Of a stretch of DNA of 64,000 bases, positions 27,910-37,749 are shown one piece after another. Made by a program: the position numbers and the translations under genes. Origin of the DNA: Bacteroidota bacterium (GTDB lineage Bacteria > Bacteroidota > Bacteroidia > NS11-12g > UBA9320); contig JAHEGS010000006.1 of assembly GCA_024645005.1 (NCBI GenBank), positions 21,981 through 85,980 of the forward strand. The letters are read 5' to 3'. The notes beneath the pieces are model-generated. The model worked only from the letters and a program-made list of their open reading frames with translations, was not told the DNA's origin and ran no database searches. The first letter of the stretch is position 1. Each line of letters begins with the position of its first letter.

Positions 27910-28821
27910 ATGGTTTTAATGGACATCAACGAGTTAAAAAATATGGTGTACTTGCTGGACGATTCGGATGATCGAGTAGTTAGTCACATAGAAGAAAAAA
28001 TTTTTTCATTTGGATTAAGCACCATCCCTTTTCTAGAATCACTATGGCCTGACGAAGAATCAGCTGTAAGACAAGAACGAATTGTAAATCTTATTAAGCG
28101 AATCAAACAAAATGTACTTGCTGAAGAATTAAGATCTTGGCTGAATTCTGAAGAACAAGATTTGATGGATGGAGTTTTTATTTTAAATAAAATTCTTGAT
28201 CCTAATTTAGATCGTCAATCTATTGAAAATCAATTAGATAAAATTAAGTTAGATGCGTGGTTAGAATTAAATTATGACCTAACATCATTTGAAAAAGTGA
28301 AGATATTGAATCGAATTATCTTTGATGTTCATAAATTTACGGGAGATACTGAAACCTATCACCATAGCAAAAATTCGTTTTTATCTTCAGTTCTAGAAAG
28401 GAAAAAAGGGAATCCCATTTCTTTGGCAATAATTTATAGTATTGTTGCTCAAAGACTTAACATTCCAATCTATGGAGTTAATCTACCTCAACATTTTATT
28501 CTGGGATATGTGAAAGACCTTGAATGGCCCCCTTTGTTAAGATTTAATGACGAATCTTTATCTAGAGAAAGTCAGTATAATGATATTCTGTTTTACATTA
28601 ATCCATTTAATAATGGACTAATTTTTAATCAGGAAAATATTCATAAATTTTTAAAACAACTCAAACTGGAGGTTAAAGAAGATTATTTTAAAATTTGTGA
28701 GAATCGTGATATCATTATTAGAATATTAAGAAACTTAGAAGTTTCATTTTCAAAAGAAAACAATCATAGCAAGAAAGATCAGGTGATGAACCTCCTTAAA
28801 ATCATGATGAGGGAAGATTAA
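27910..28821 (+). CDS. SirB1/YchA-like transglutaminase-like family protein
   Basis: 303 aa. Core block RKKGNPISLAIIYSIVAQRLNIPIYGVNLPQHFILGY resembles the SirB1 N-terminal (transglutaminase-like) domain, followed by a helical-repeat C-terminus. Confidence 0.55.
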   Translation: MVLMDINELKNMVYLLDDSDDRVVSHIEEKIFSFGLSTIPFLESLWPDEESAVRQERIVNLIKRIKQNVLAEELRSWLNSEEQDLMDGVFILNKILDPNLDRQSIENQLDKIKLDAWLELNYDLTSFEKVKILNRIIFDVHKFTGDTETYHHSKNSFLSSVLERKKGNPISLAIIYSIVAQRLNIPIYGVNLPQHFILGYVKDLEWPPLLRFNDESLSRESQYNDILFYINPFNNGLIFNQENIHKFLKQLKLEVKEDYFKICENRDIIIRILRNLEVSFSKENNHSKKDQVMNLLKIMMRED

Positions 28822-28836
28822 TGTTTTCTTTTACTC

Positions 28837-29802
28837 CTACCAACCAAGGATTTTGGCAAAGATGAGTGGGGCAACAATAGTGGCGTCACTTTCAATAATG
28901 AATTTCGGAGTTTCAGTAGCTAATTTACCCCAAGTAATTTTTTCATTTGGTACCGCTCCTGAATATGAGCCATAACTAGTAGTACTATCACTGATTTGAC
29001 AAAAGTAACTCCATAGTTTAGTGGGTTTTTCCAAGTCTTGCTCTAACATAGGAACTACACAAATTGGAAAATCACCAGCGATCCCACCACCAATTTGAAA
29101 AAAACCAATTGATGAATCTATACTTGTTTTTGTGTACCAGTCAGCAAGATAGGTCATATATTCAATACCACTTTTTACAGTACTTGAAATTAATTTACCC
29201 TGGATACAATTGCTAGCGAAAATATTACCAAGAGTACTATCCTCCCACCCTGGCACAACCATGGGTAAATTTTTTTCAGCAGCTGCAAGAAGCCATGAAT
29301 CTTTTGGGTCTATTTGATAATGTTCTTCTAAGCAACCATCCAGCAGCATTTGATACATATATTCATGGGGAAGAAATCGATTGCCATTTGTCTGTGCGTC
29401 CTTCCAAAAACGTTCGATATTATGTTGAATTTTCCGAAATGCTTCTTCTTCGGGTATGCAGGTGTCTGTTACTCTATTGAGTTTTTGGTCTAATAATCGT
29501 TGTTCATCATCTGGAGTTAAATCGCGATAATTAGGTATTCTTTTATAGTGATCGTGTGCCACTAGATTCATAATATCCTCTTCTAAATTTGCCCCCGTAC
29601 AACTGATACAATGAACTTTATCTTGGCGTATCATTTCAGCTAAAATTTTACCAAGTTCAGCAGTACTCATTGCACCAGCAAGAGTAATCATCATCTTATT
29701 TCCTGATGTCAATTGATTATTGTATTCATCTGCAGCGTCTACTAATGACGCAGCATTGAAATGCAGGAAATAGTTGTCAATAAATTCACTAATTGGTTTC
29801 AT
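28837..29802 (-). CDS. Deoxyhypusine synthase family protein (bacterial DHS-like)
   Basis: 321 aa, colinear by eye with eukaryotic DHS. Shared blocks: TLAGAMSTAELG, CTGANLEEDI, VPGWEDSTLGN, IGGGIAG and SGAVPNEKITWGKL (catalytic-Lys motif WGK retained). Confidence 0.75.
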   Translation of the reverse strand: MKPISEFIDNYFLHFNAASLVDAADEYNNQLTSGNKMMITLAGAMSTAELGKILAEMIRQDKVHCISCTGANLEEDIMNLVAHDHYKRIPNYRDLTPDDEQRLLDQKLNRVTDTCIPEEEAFRKIQHNIERFWKDAQTNGNRFLPHEYMYQMLLDGCLEEHYQIDPKDSWLLAAAEKNLPMVVPGWEDSTLGNIFASNCIQGKLISSTVKSGIEYMTYLADWYTKTSIDSSIGFFQIGGGIAGDFPICVVPMLEQDLEKPTKLWSYFCQISDSTTSYGSYSGAVPNEKITWGKLATETPKFIIESDATIVAPLIFAKILGW

Positions 29803-29804
29803 TT

Positions 29805-31199
29805 TTAGTATCCTAATATTTTCATCATACTCTCAACAGACTGTTCTGGTTCAAAAACCTCATCAATAATTTCGCCTTTTTCATTTTTAGATATCAGAAT
29901 TTTCTTTGGACTAGGAATTAAGCAGTGTTTAATTCCGCCTTGACCACTCAAACTTTCTTGGTATGCTCCTGTATTAAAAAAACCTATATAAAGAGGCTTA
30001 TCTTTATTGAATTCGGGTAAATATATAGCATTGACATGCTGTTCACTATTATAATAATCGTCACTATCACAGGTTAGGCCTCCTAATAAGACCCGCTCGT
30101 AACTTAAGTTCCAATTATTGAGAGGTAGCAATATAAATCGTTCATTGATTGCCCAAGCATCCGGTAAGGTGGTCATAAAAGAGCCATCAATCATATTCCA
30201 TTTTTCACGATCGTTTTGTTTTTTTTGATGAATGATCTTGTATATTGTTCCACCACTTTCTCCAACAGTATAGCTTCCAAACTCTGTGAAAATATGTGGG
30301 TCGTTAATATTTTTTACTGAACACTCTAGTTTTATTTGACTTACAATTTCACGAACCATGTAAGCATAATCATATTTGAAGTTAAGATTTTTTTTGATTG
30401 GGAAACCACCACCAATATTCAGCGAATCTAAAGGATTGCATATCCTTTTTAATTGAACATATACATTTAAACATTTTCTTAATTCATTCCAATAATATGA
30501 GGTGTCTCTAATCCCAGTATTAATGAAAAAGTGAAGCATTTTAAGTTCAATATTCGAACAATTTTTGATATGATTTTCGTAAAATGGAACAATGTCTTTG
30601 TATCCTATACCAAGTCTTGAGGTGTAAAAAGCAAATTTGGGTTCTTCTTCTGAGGCGATTCGAATACCCAACTTAATTTTCTTGTCAGTTCTATTTTTTA
30701 GGAGTTCAAACTCTTTGGTATTGTCAATTACCACATACAGATTCTCAAAACCGAGTTCAATTAATTCAATAATATTGTCGATGTATTGTTCAGTTTTGAA
30801 CCCATTGCAGATTATAAAGCAATCTTTTTTTATTTCATTATGGTCAACTAATTTTTTAATCAGAGCTAAATCATATGCTGAGGATGTTTCTAAATGAACA
30901 TCATTTTTAAGGCATTCTTTTAAAACATATTTGAAATGAGAACTTTTTGTACAATAGCAATAATGATACTTTCCTTTGTAGTCGTGCTCTTCAAACGCAT
31001 TTGAAAACCACTGCTTTGCTTTTTGAATATTCTCTGAAATTTTAGGTAAGTAACTGAATTGGAGTGGTGTGCCATGTTTCTCAACTAATTTCATCAATGA
31101 AATATCCCGTAATAGTAATTCGCCATCAGAACTGGTCCTAAACTCCTCGGTAGGAAACTCAAAGGTCTGTTCGATTAAGTCAGAATATTTATTTTTCAA
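29805..31199 (-). CDS. Arginine-decarboxylase-like enzyme (inferred PLP-dependent Orn/DAP/Arg decarboxylase fold, short form)
   Basis: 464 aa. N-terminal TIM-barrel-like region with the candidate PLP lysine in YCYCTKSS, then a GGGFPI glycine loop and a GTIYKI...FNTGAYQES C-terminal region. Ends 2 nt upstream of the DHS-like gene. Confidence 0.6.
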   Translation of the reverse strand: MKNKYSDLIEQTFEFPTEEFRTSSDGELLLRDISLMKLVEKHGTPLQFSYLPKISENIQKAKQWFSNAFEEHDYKGKYHYCYCTKSSHFKYVLKECLKNDVHLETSSAYDLALIKKLVDHNEIKKDCFIICNGFKTEQYIDNIIELIELGFENLYVVIDNTKEFELLKNRTDKKIKLGIRIASEEEPKFAFYTSRLGIGYKDIVPFYENHIKNCSNIELKMLHFFINTGIRDTSYYWNELRKCLNVYVQLKRICNPLDSLNIGGGFPIKKNLNFKYDYAYMVREIVSQIKLECSVKNINDPHIFTEFGSYTVGESGGTIYKIIHQKKQNDREKWNMIDGSFMTTLPDAWAINERFILLPLNNWNLSYERVLLGGLTCDSDDYYNSEQHVNAIYLPEFNKDKPLYIGFFNTGAYQESLSGQGGIKHCLIPSPKKILISKNEKGEIIDEVFEPEQSVESMMKILGY

Positions 31200-31386
31200 G
31201 GTTGACGATTTTACTTACAAAAGAATATAAAAAAACGATTTTGGGTATTAAAAAACACAATTTAATAGGATGATTTGTTTGCTCATTATAAAAACAATAA
31301 AATTCATTAGTTGCATTTATTATGTTCCAATGGCATTAAAGTGTTTGGGTATTTTGTAAATTCGCAAACTTCCAAAAAATAACGTT

Positions 31387-34209
31387 ATCAAAAATCAAGA
31401 TATCATAAAGATTATAGGTGCTAAAGAGCATAATTTGCGTAATATTGATTTGGAAATTCCAAGACATGCACTTGTTGTATTTACGGGATTAAGTGGGAGT
31501 GGTAAATCAAGCTTAGCTTTTGATACCATTTTTGCAGAAGGCCAGAGAAGATATATGGAAACGTTTTCTGCATATGCCAGACAATTTATCGGTGAAATAA
31601 AACGTCCAGATGTTGATAAAATTGAAGGATTGAGTCCAGTAATTGCAATTGAACAAAAGACTGTAAGCAAGAACCCCCGTAGTACAGTGGGAACGATTAC
31701 AGAAGTTTATGATTTTTTGAGATTGCTTTATTCTCGAGCTGGAACGGCCTATTCTTATTTGAGTGGCAATAAGATGAAAAGTTTTACGGAGAAAGAAATT
31801 ATTGACGGGGTTAATAATTTATCCTATTCAAAAATGATTATTCTTTCACCACTAATCAAAGGACGCAAGGGACATTACAGGGATCTTTTTGAACAATATA
31901 GAAAGCGTGGTTTTACAAAAGTTAGGGTAGATGGTCAGTTGCAAGATATTGAGTTAGGCATGCAAGTAGATCGATATAAAGTGCATGATATTGATCTTGT
32001 TATTGATCGTTTGACCACAGAAGATAAGGGAAGTACACGTTTGGTAGATTCTATACGTACTGCACTAAAAATGGGCAAAGGAATCATTAGTGTGTTTGAT
32101 TCAGAAACCCAAGAAATCACCCATTTTAGTAAGTTTTTGATGGATGTTGATACGGGTTTGTCATACAATGAGCCACAACCTAATCTGTTTTCCTTTAATT
32201 CACCATATGGTGCGTGTTTGTCGTGTAATGGTCTAGGTACATCTTCTGATATTTTTAATGAGGATTTGATACCTAATCCTAAATTGAGTATAAATAAAGG
32301 GGGTTTGGCTCCGCTAGGAGAGGTCAAGAGTAATTGGACATTCACTCAGCTTAAGGCTATGAGTAAGAAGTTGAAATTTAGTTTATCGAAGCCAATTTCA
32401 GAAATACCATCTAATGTTATGGATGTCATCTTGAATGGTTCTGAAGATAAGTTTGAAGTCGAATACAGAGGGAGTTCCGGTTATGCTCAAACTTTTGAAA
32501 CCAGTTGGAAGGGACTAATCCCTTCTCTTATGGAGGCATACCATGAAAAAAACTTTGGTACTCTGAGTAGGTGGGCGGATGAATTTATGACAGTAGTTCC
32601 ATGTACCGAGTGCAAAGGTGGTAGACTTAATAAAGAGGCTTTATCTTATCGAATTGGTGATGTAAGCATTGCAGATTTGTCAACCAAAAGTATTGGAGAT
32701 CTAGCTAAATGGTTACAAGATGTTGAGTCAAATATGGAGGATAGACAGCAGGTAATTGCCCAAGAAATTCTCAAAGAAATTAGAGAACGAGTTCAGTTTT
32801 TAACAGATGTTGGGCTTTCATATCTCTCATTAAACAATTCAGCAAAGACATTAAGTGGAGGTGAGGCACAACGAATAAGGTTAGCAACTCAAATTGGTTC
32901 TCAACTTGAGGAAGTTTTATACATCTTAGACGAACCAAGTATTGGACTTCACCAAAGGGATAATCATAAGCTGATTCAATCACTAAAAAATCTTCGTGAT
33001 ATTGGTAATTCTGTTATTGTGGTTGAGCATGACAAAGACATGATAGTAGAAAGTGATTTTGTCGTTGATATTGGACCACTTGCAGGTAAGAATGGGGGAC
33101 AAATTGTTTCAAGTGGTCGATGGGAAGAAATTCAAAACAATGGAACAGTTACTGCTGATTATTTATCAGGAAAGCGAAAAATTGCTATTCCATCAAAACG
33201 CCGAAAAGGAAATGGCAAAAAAATCTCTCTTTTTGGTTGTGAAGGAAATAATCTTAAAAATATAACAGCACATTTTCCGCTAGGTAAATTTATAGCAGTA
33301 ACAGGAGTTAGTGGGAGTGGTAAGAGTAGTTTGATTAATGAAACACTTCATCCTATTCTGTCAGAGTATGTATATAAATCTAAAAAGAAACCCTTAAAAT
33401 ACAAAAAGGTTAAAGGACTTGAGAATATAGATAAGGTGATTACAATAGATCAATCACCGATTGGAAGAACACCAAGAAGTAATCCTGCAACTTATGTTGG
33501 TTTTTTCTCAGATATTAGAACATTATTTGCTGAAATTGGGGAGTCCAAAATTAGAGGATATAAGCCGGGAAGATTTAGTTTTAATGTGAAAGGTGGTCGA
33601 TGTGAAACATGCAAAGGAGGGGGCCAAAAGGTTATTGAAATGAACTTTTTACCTGATGTATTAGTCGAATGTGAAGCTTGTCAAGGGAAACGTTATAATC
33701 GAGAAACTTTAGATATTCGATACAAGAATAAAAACATAAGTGATATCTTAGATATGACTGTTGAAGATGCTGTTCAATTTTTTGAGGCTGTTCCATCAAT
33801 TCATAGAAAGATTAAAGCTTTGAATGATGTTGGACTTGGATACATAACACTTGGTCAGAGTAGTACAACTATCTCGGGTGGAGAAGCACAACGTGTAAAA
33901 TTAGCAAGTGAATTATGTAAGATTAGTACAGGACAAACATTCTATATTCTTGATGAACCAACTACAGGTTTGCACTTTGAGGATATAAATGTACTATTAA
34001 ATGTACTTCAGAATTTAGTTGATTTAGGAAATACTGTTTTATTAATCGAACATAATTTGGATGTTGTCAAAGTTGCAGATTGGATTATTGATATTGGTCC
34101 AGAGGGAGGAAATGCTGGAGGTGAGTTAGTGGTTGAGGGTACACCTGAACAGATAATTAAATCTAAAACTGGATACACTTCGAAATTTTTGGAAGCGGAA
34201 TTTAAATAA
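31387..34209 (+). CDS. uvrA: Excinuclease ABC subunit A; start codon uncertain (probably non-canonical)
   Basis: Two ABC ATPase modules (GLSGSGKSSLAFDTI, GVSGSGKSSLINETL), zinc modules (CLSCNGLG, CTECKGGR, CETCKGGG...CEACQG) and signature LSGGEAQR twice. The first canonical start is TTG at 31435, but the conserved IKIIGAKEHNL strand is encoded in frame upstream of it. ATC at 31387 is my best guess. Confidence 0.9.
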   Translation: MKNQDIIKIIGAKEHNLRNIDLEIPRHALVVFTGLSGSGKSSLAFDTIFAEGQRRYMETFSAYARQFIGEIKRPDVDKIEGLSPVIAIEQKTVSKNPRSTVGTITEVYDFLRLLYSRAGTAYSYLSGNKMKSFTEKEIIDGVNNLSYSKMIILSPLIKGRKGHYRDLFEQYRKRGFTKVRVDGQLQDIELGMQVDRYKVHDIDLVIDRLTTEDKGSTRLVDSIRTALKMGKGIISVFDSETQEITHFSKFLMDVDTGLSYNEPQPNLFSFNSPYGACLSCNGLGTSSDIFNEDLIPNPKLSINKGGLAPLGEVKSNWTFTQLKAMSKKLKFSLSKPISEIPSNVMDVILNGSEDKFEVEYRGSSGYAQTFETSWKGLIPSLMEAYHEKNFGTLSRWADEFMTVVPCTECKGGRLNKEALSYRIGDVSIADLSTKSIGDLAKWLQDVESNMEDRQQVIAQEILKEIRERVQFLTDVGLSYLSLNNSAKTLSGGEAQRIRLATQIGSQLEEVLYILDEPSIGLHQRDNHKLIQSLKNLRDIGNSVIVVEHDKDMIVESDFVVDIGPLAGKNGGQIVSSGRWEEIQNNGTVTADYLSGKRKIAIPSKRRKGNGKKISLFGCEGNNLKNITAHFPLGKFIAVTGVSGSGKSSLINETLHPILSEYVYKSKKKPLKYKKVKGLENIDKVITIDQSPIGRTPRSNPATYVGFFSDIRTLFAEIGESKIRGYKPGRFSFNVKGGRCETCKGGGQKVIEMNFLPDVLVECEACQGKRYNRETLDIRYKNKNISDILDMTVEDAVQFFEAVPSIHRKIKALNDVGLGYITLGQSSTTISGGEAQRVKLASELCKISTGQTFYILDEPTTGLHFEDINVLLNVLQNLVDLGNTVLLIEHNLDVVKVADWIIDIGPEGGNAGGELVVEGTPEQIIKSKTGYTSKFLEAEFK

Positions 34210-34247
34210 TCATAAAACTGTCTAAACGTCATTTTATCATCTTGGCG

Positions 34248-34255
34248 TAATTTTG
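34248..34255 (+). promoter_or_regulatory. Candidate -7 box (TAATTTTG) for the ABC exporter gene
   Basis: Exact TAnnTTTG match 16 nt upstream of the ATG at 34272. No clear -33 element. Confidence 0.3.
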
Positions 34256-34271
34256 GTATAAATCAATTAAA

Positions 34272-36008
34272 ATGAGTAAGAAAAAAGTGTCCATGAAATG
34301 GGCATTCAATGAATTTATTTGGCCAAGACGTGGCATGATTGCTTTGGGTCTCGTTTTGATTGTTATCAGAAGCCTTACAGGTCTAGTACTTCCCTATGAG
34401 ACAAAAATTTTACTTGACGATATTGTGCCATCTGGTGATGTAGCTGGTCTTAAAAATGTAATCAGTTTTGTATGTGTAGCCATATTTATTCAAGCAATTA
34501 CGTCATTTGCATTGACAAGACTTTTGAGTGTTGAGGCCCAGTTTTTAATATCACAATTAAGAGCACAAGTTCAAAAGAAACTGTTGACACTTCCAGTTTC
34601 ATTTTTCGATAATCACAAATCAGGAGCTTTAGTAAGTCGTGTAATGAGTGATGTAGAAGGAGTGCGTAACCTTGTTGGAACTGGGTTAGTTCAACTTATA
34701 GGAGGATCAATTACATCCGTAGTGGCTTTATTTTTTCTTATAAAAATCAATGCATCAATGACTCTTTTTGTATTGCTTCCAGTACTGGTTTTTGCCTTTA
34801 TTGCATTGAAAGCATTTGGATATATAAGACCAATTTTTCGTGACCGAGGTAAGATTAACGCAGAAGTGACTGGAAGGCTTACTGAAACATTGAATGGGAT
34901 TAGGGTCATTAAAGGGTTTAACGCAGAAGATCAAGAGAATAAAACTTTTGAAAAAGGAGTAGAAAAACTATATCTGAATATCAAAAAGAGTTTGACTGCT
35001 ACAGCATTAATGACTAGTTCGTCAACATTCTTATTGGGATTGGCCTCGGCAGGAATAATGGGAATAGGAGGGTATTTTATAATGGACGATAAAATGTCGA
35101 ATGGGGATTTTGTTTCATTTACTTTGTTTCTAGGATTCATGATTGCACCAATTGTTCAAATGAGTAATATTGGAAGTCAATTGACAGAGGCACTTGCGGG
35201 GCTTGACCGAACTCAAGAACTCATGAATCATGATGAAGAAGACAATCCAGAGGTAAGAAAGCAGATAATTAACACTATAAAAGGGGATGTTAAGTTTAAT
35301 TCTGTGTCCTTCAATTATGAGGATAGTAAAGAGGTTTTACATGATATTTCATTTGAGGCTAAAGCGGGTACAGTTACTGCTCTAGTAGGTTCTTCAGGTA
35401 GTGGTAAATCTACAATTGCAGGTCTTGCTGCAGCATTTATAACTCCTAAAAAAGGAAAGATTACTGTTGATGGTTCTGATTTATCGAAGATTAATTTAAG
35501 TAGTTATCGTCAGCATTTAGGTGTGGTATTACAGGATGATTTTTTGTTCGAAGGGACTATTCGGGAGAACATCCTTTTTCCAAGACCACTAGCTTCAAGT
35601 GAGGAATTAAGTAGAGCAGTAAAAGCAGCATATGTTCATGAATTCACAGATCGTTTTGAAGCGGGTTTGGACACAGTGATTGGTGAACGTGGAGTAAAGC
35701 TAAGTGGGGGCCAACGTCAAAGAATAGCAATTGCACGTGCTCTATTGGCAAATCCTAAGATAATCTTACTTGATGAAGCTACGTCTAATCTGGATAACGA
35801 AAGTGAGCGTTATATTCAAAAAAGTTTGGAAATATTGATGAAAAATAGAACCACATTTGTCATTGCACATCGATTGAGTACGATTCAACAAGCTGATCAA
35901 ATTTTAGTAATCGAAGAAGGAAGGATTGTGGAACAGGGTAAACATGAAGAATTGCTCTCACAAAAAGGAAGGTATTATGAGTTATTCACCTTTCAAAGTA
36001 GAATATAA
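34272..36008 (+). CDS. ABC transporter permease/ATP-binding half-transporter (MsbA/ABCB-like exporter)
   Basis: 578 aa. Six-TM exporter domain, then an NBD with Walker A GSSGSGKST, signature LSGGQRQR and Walker B ILLDEATS. Confidence 0.85.
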   Translation: MSKKKVSMKWAFNEFIWPRRGMIALGLVLIVIRSLTGLVLPYETKILLDDIVPSGDVAGLKNVISFVCVAIFIQAITSFALTRLLSVEAQFLISQLRAQVQKKLLTLPVSFFDNHKSGALVSRVMSDVEGVRNLVGTGLVQLIGGSITSVVALFFLIKINASMTLFVLLPVLVFAFIALKAFGYIRPIFRDRGKINAEVTGRLTETLNGIRVIKGFNAEDQENKTFEKGVEKLYLNIKKSLTATALMTSSSTFLLGLASAGIMGIGGYFIMDDKMSNGDFVSFTLFLGFMIAPIVQMSNIGSQLTEALAGLDRTQELMNHDEEDNPEVRKQIINTIKGDVKFNSVSFNYEDSKEVLHDISFEAKAGTVTALVGSSGSGKSTIAGLAAAFITPKKGKITVDGSDLSKINLSSYRQHLGVVLQDDFLFEGTIRENILFPRPLASSEELSRAVKAAYVHEFTDRFEAGLDTVIGERGVKLSGGQRQRIAIARALLANPKIILLDEATSNLDNESERYIQKSLEILMKNRTTFVIAHRLSTIQQADQILVIEEGRIVEQGKHEELLSQKGRYYELFTFQSRI

Positions 36009-36094
36009 TCCTTAGGTATTATTTAATGGTTATATATAGAAGTTTAATTAAAAAAATTAAACTAACATTTCTGTACTATTTAAAAACCTAAAAT

Positions 36095-36736
36095 ATGACT
36101 ATTGAAAAATTAGCGGTCATTTTAACTGTTTCTTTGTTTTTAACTTCATGTGGAATTCATAATGAGCAAAGGTTCAAAAAATCGAAATTGTCAAACTTTA
36201 CGCATGATCAAACCGTTGAAATTCTTGAACAGCTTGCAAGTGAGGATATCAGTCAATTAAATGTTAAAGTAGCCCGATTAAATGCTAAATTAGAGGAACT
36301 TGAATCTGGATTGGAGTTGAGAGATACCAATAATTGTTGTGATACACTCAGTGGCCAGATTTCTGACCTGCGTTCAGACAATAGTAAGTCTGAAAACTTT
36401 GAAGTTGTAAACACTACGATTGTATTTTTTGACCTTAATAAATTTGAATTGGAGGTAAGTGATAAACAAGAATTATTTTTATTCAAATCAAGGATAGATA
36501 TGGCTAAAGAGTTCTGTTCTGACTATAAAATTAAAATATACCCATATACTGACTCAACAGGAAATAATGATTACAATGTGAGATTAAGGAAACTGAGAGG
36601 TGAATCAATTAAGAAGTGCTTTATTGATGAATTCGGAGTTGATGAAAATCGAGTGTCTGTATTAACTGAAAAATCTGATCATTTGCCTTTAGATTTTTAC
36701 AACAGACGTGCATTAATAGAAGTTGATTGTTTATAG
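36095..36736 (+). CDS. OmpA-family lipoprotein
   Basis: Lipobox LFLTSCG, a coiled-coil segment (LNVKVARLNAKLEELESGLE), and an OmpA_C-like block YPYTDSTGNNDYNVRLRKLRGESIKKCF. Confidence 0.6.
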   Translation: MTIEKLAVILTVSLFLTSCGIHNEQRFKKSKLSNFTHDQTVEILEQLASEDISQLNVKVARLNAKLEELESGLELRDTNNCCDTLSGQISDLRSDNSKSENFEVVNTTIVFFDLNKFELEVSDKQELFLFKSRIDMAKEFCSDYKIKIYPYTDSTGNNDYNVRLRKLRGESIKKCFIDEFGVDENRVSVLTEKSDHLPLDFYNRRALIEVDCL

Positions 36737-36745
36737 TGTTTGGTT

Positions 36746-37705
36746 TTACCTTTCTCTAACCCATTTTTTTCGTTGATTGGGGTTGTGATAAGTCCATGCT
36801 ACAATTCGGCTACTTTTATTTCCTTGACCCATTGGAATTGTTTTGACATCAAATGCCTCAACCTTTTTGAGTGAAAGATAGATGTTCTTTAAGTTGCCAT
36901 GCTTACTGACTAGTGTACTAAACCATAAGACATTTTCTTTGAATCGTTTACTCTCCATTATCATATTTTTAATGAATCGTAGTTCACCACCTTCACACCA
37001 AAGTTCATTATGTTTTCCACCAAAACTGGGGTTTGGTTTTTTTGGTTTTTCGCCTTTTAAATTCTTAATTTTTTTCATGTTAGCAGATATGGCCTCTTCT
37101 TGTGAAGCATGAAAAGGAGGATTACAGACAGTAATATCAAACTTTTCATGAGTATTTATAATTCCATCAAAAAAGTGATTGATGTTATTTTGAAGTCGGA
37201 TTTGGACACTAAGATCGTTTCTTTTAACAATTTTTTTAGCTGATTCAATAGAGGTTAAGTCAATGTCAGAACCAACAAAATCCCACTCATATTCACAATG
37301 TCCTATAATTGGATAAATGCAATTTGCTCCTGTGCCGATATCTAATGCATGAATAAGTGGTCCCCTAGGAACTCTTTTGTTATCATCGCTAGCCAATACA
37401 TCTGCTATATGATGAATGTAGTCGGCTCTGCCGGGAATTGGAGGACAAAGATACCCGGTGGGAATATCCCAGTTTTCTATTCCATAATCATATTTTAATA
37501 AAGATTGATTTAACATCATTACAGCTTCAGCGTTAAAGAAATTAATTGTTTCCTTACCGTATTTGTTTACACTAACAAACTTGGCTAGACCCGGTGTCTG
37601 TTTAATTAGCTTTGGGAAATTGTACTTCGTTTTATGGCGATTCCTTCTGTGAAGTCGTTTTTTGACCTCTGATTTCTCAATGTTAATCTTCTTGTCTTCA
37701 ACCAT
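36746..37705 (-). CDS. rlmF: 23S rRNA (adenine1618-N6)-methyltransferase
   Basis: 319 aa, colinear with E. coli RlmF/YbiN. Shared blocks: HRRNRH, CPPIPGRADYIHHIAD, DIGTGANCIYP, CNPPFH, ELWCEGGE and SRIVAWT. Confidence 0.85.
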   Translation of the reverse strand: MVEDKKINIEKSEVKKRLHRRNRHKTKYNFPKLIKQTPGLAKFVSVNKYGKETINFFNAEAVMMLNQSLLKYDYGIENWDIPTGYLCPPIPGRADYIHHIADVLASDDNKRVPRGPLIHALDIGTGANCIYPIIGHCEYEWDFVGSDIDLTSIESAKKIVKRNDLSVQIRLQNNINHFFDGIINTHEKFDITVCNPPFHASQEEAISANMKKIKNLKGEKPKKPNPSFGGKHNELWCEGGELRFIKNMIMESKRFKENVLWFSTLVSKHGNLKNIYLSLKKVEAFDVKTIPMGQGNKSSRIVAWTYHNPNQRKKWVRER

Positions 37706-37749
37706 GTATTATGAAAATTTAATCGGTTAGTAAAATGGGCTATTCATAT

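Noticed and set aside
31395-31670. 91-aa - strand ORF at the uvrA 5' end, which could have been taken as a separate divergent gene filling the speA-uvrA gap.
   Set aside because: It overlaps the Walker A region of uvrA (GLSGSGKSS) on the opposite strand and has no recognisable fold. The + frame is clearly the real one.
36042-36062. Hairpin GTTTAATT-aaaaa-AATTAAAC downstream of the ABC exporter gene, considered as a terminator.
   Set aside because: The stem is made only of A-T and a single G-C pair, and no T-run follows, so it is not credible as an intrinsic terminator.
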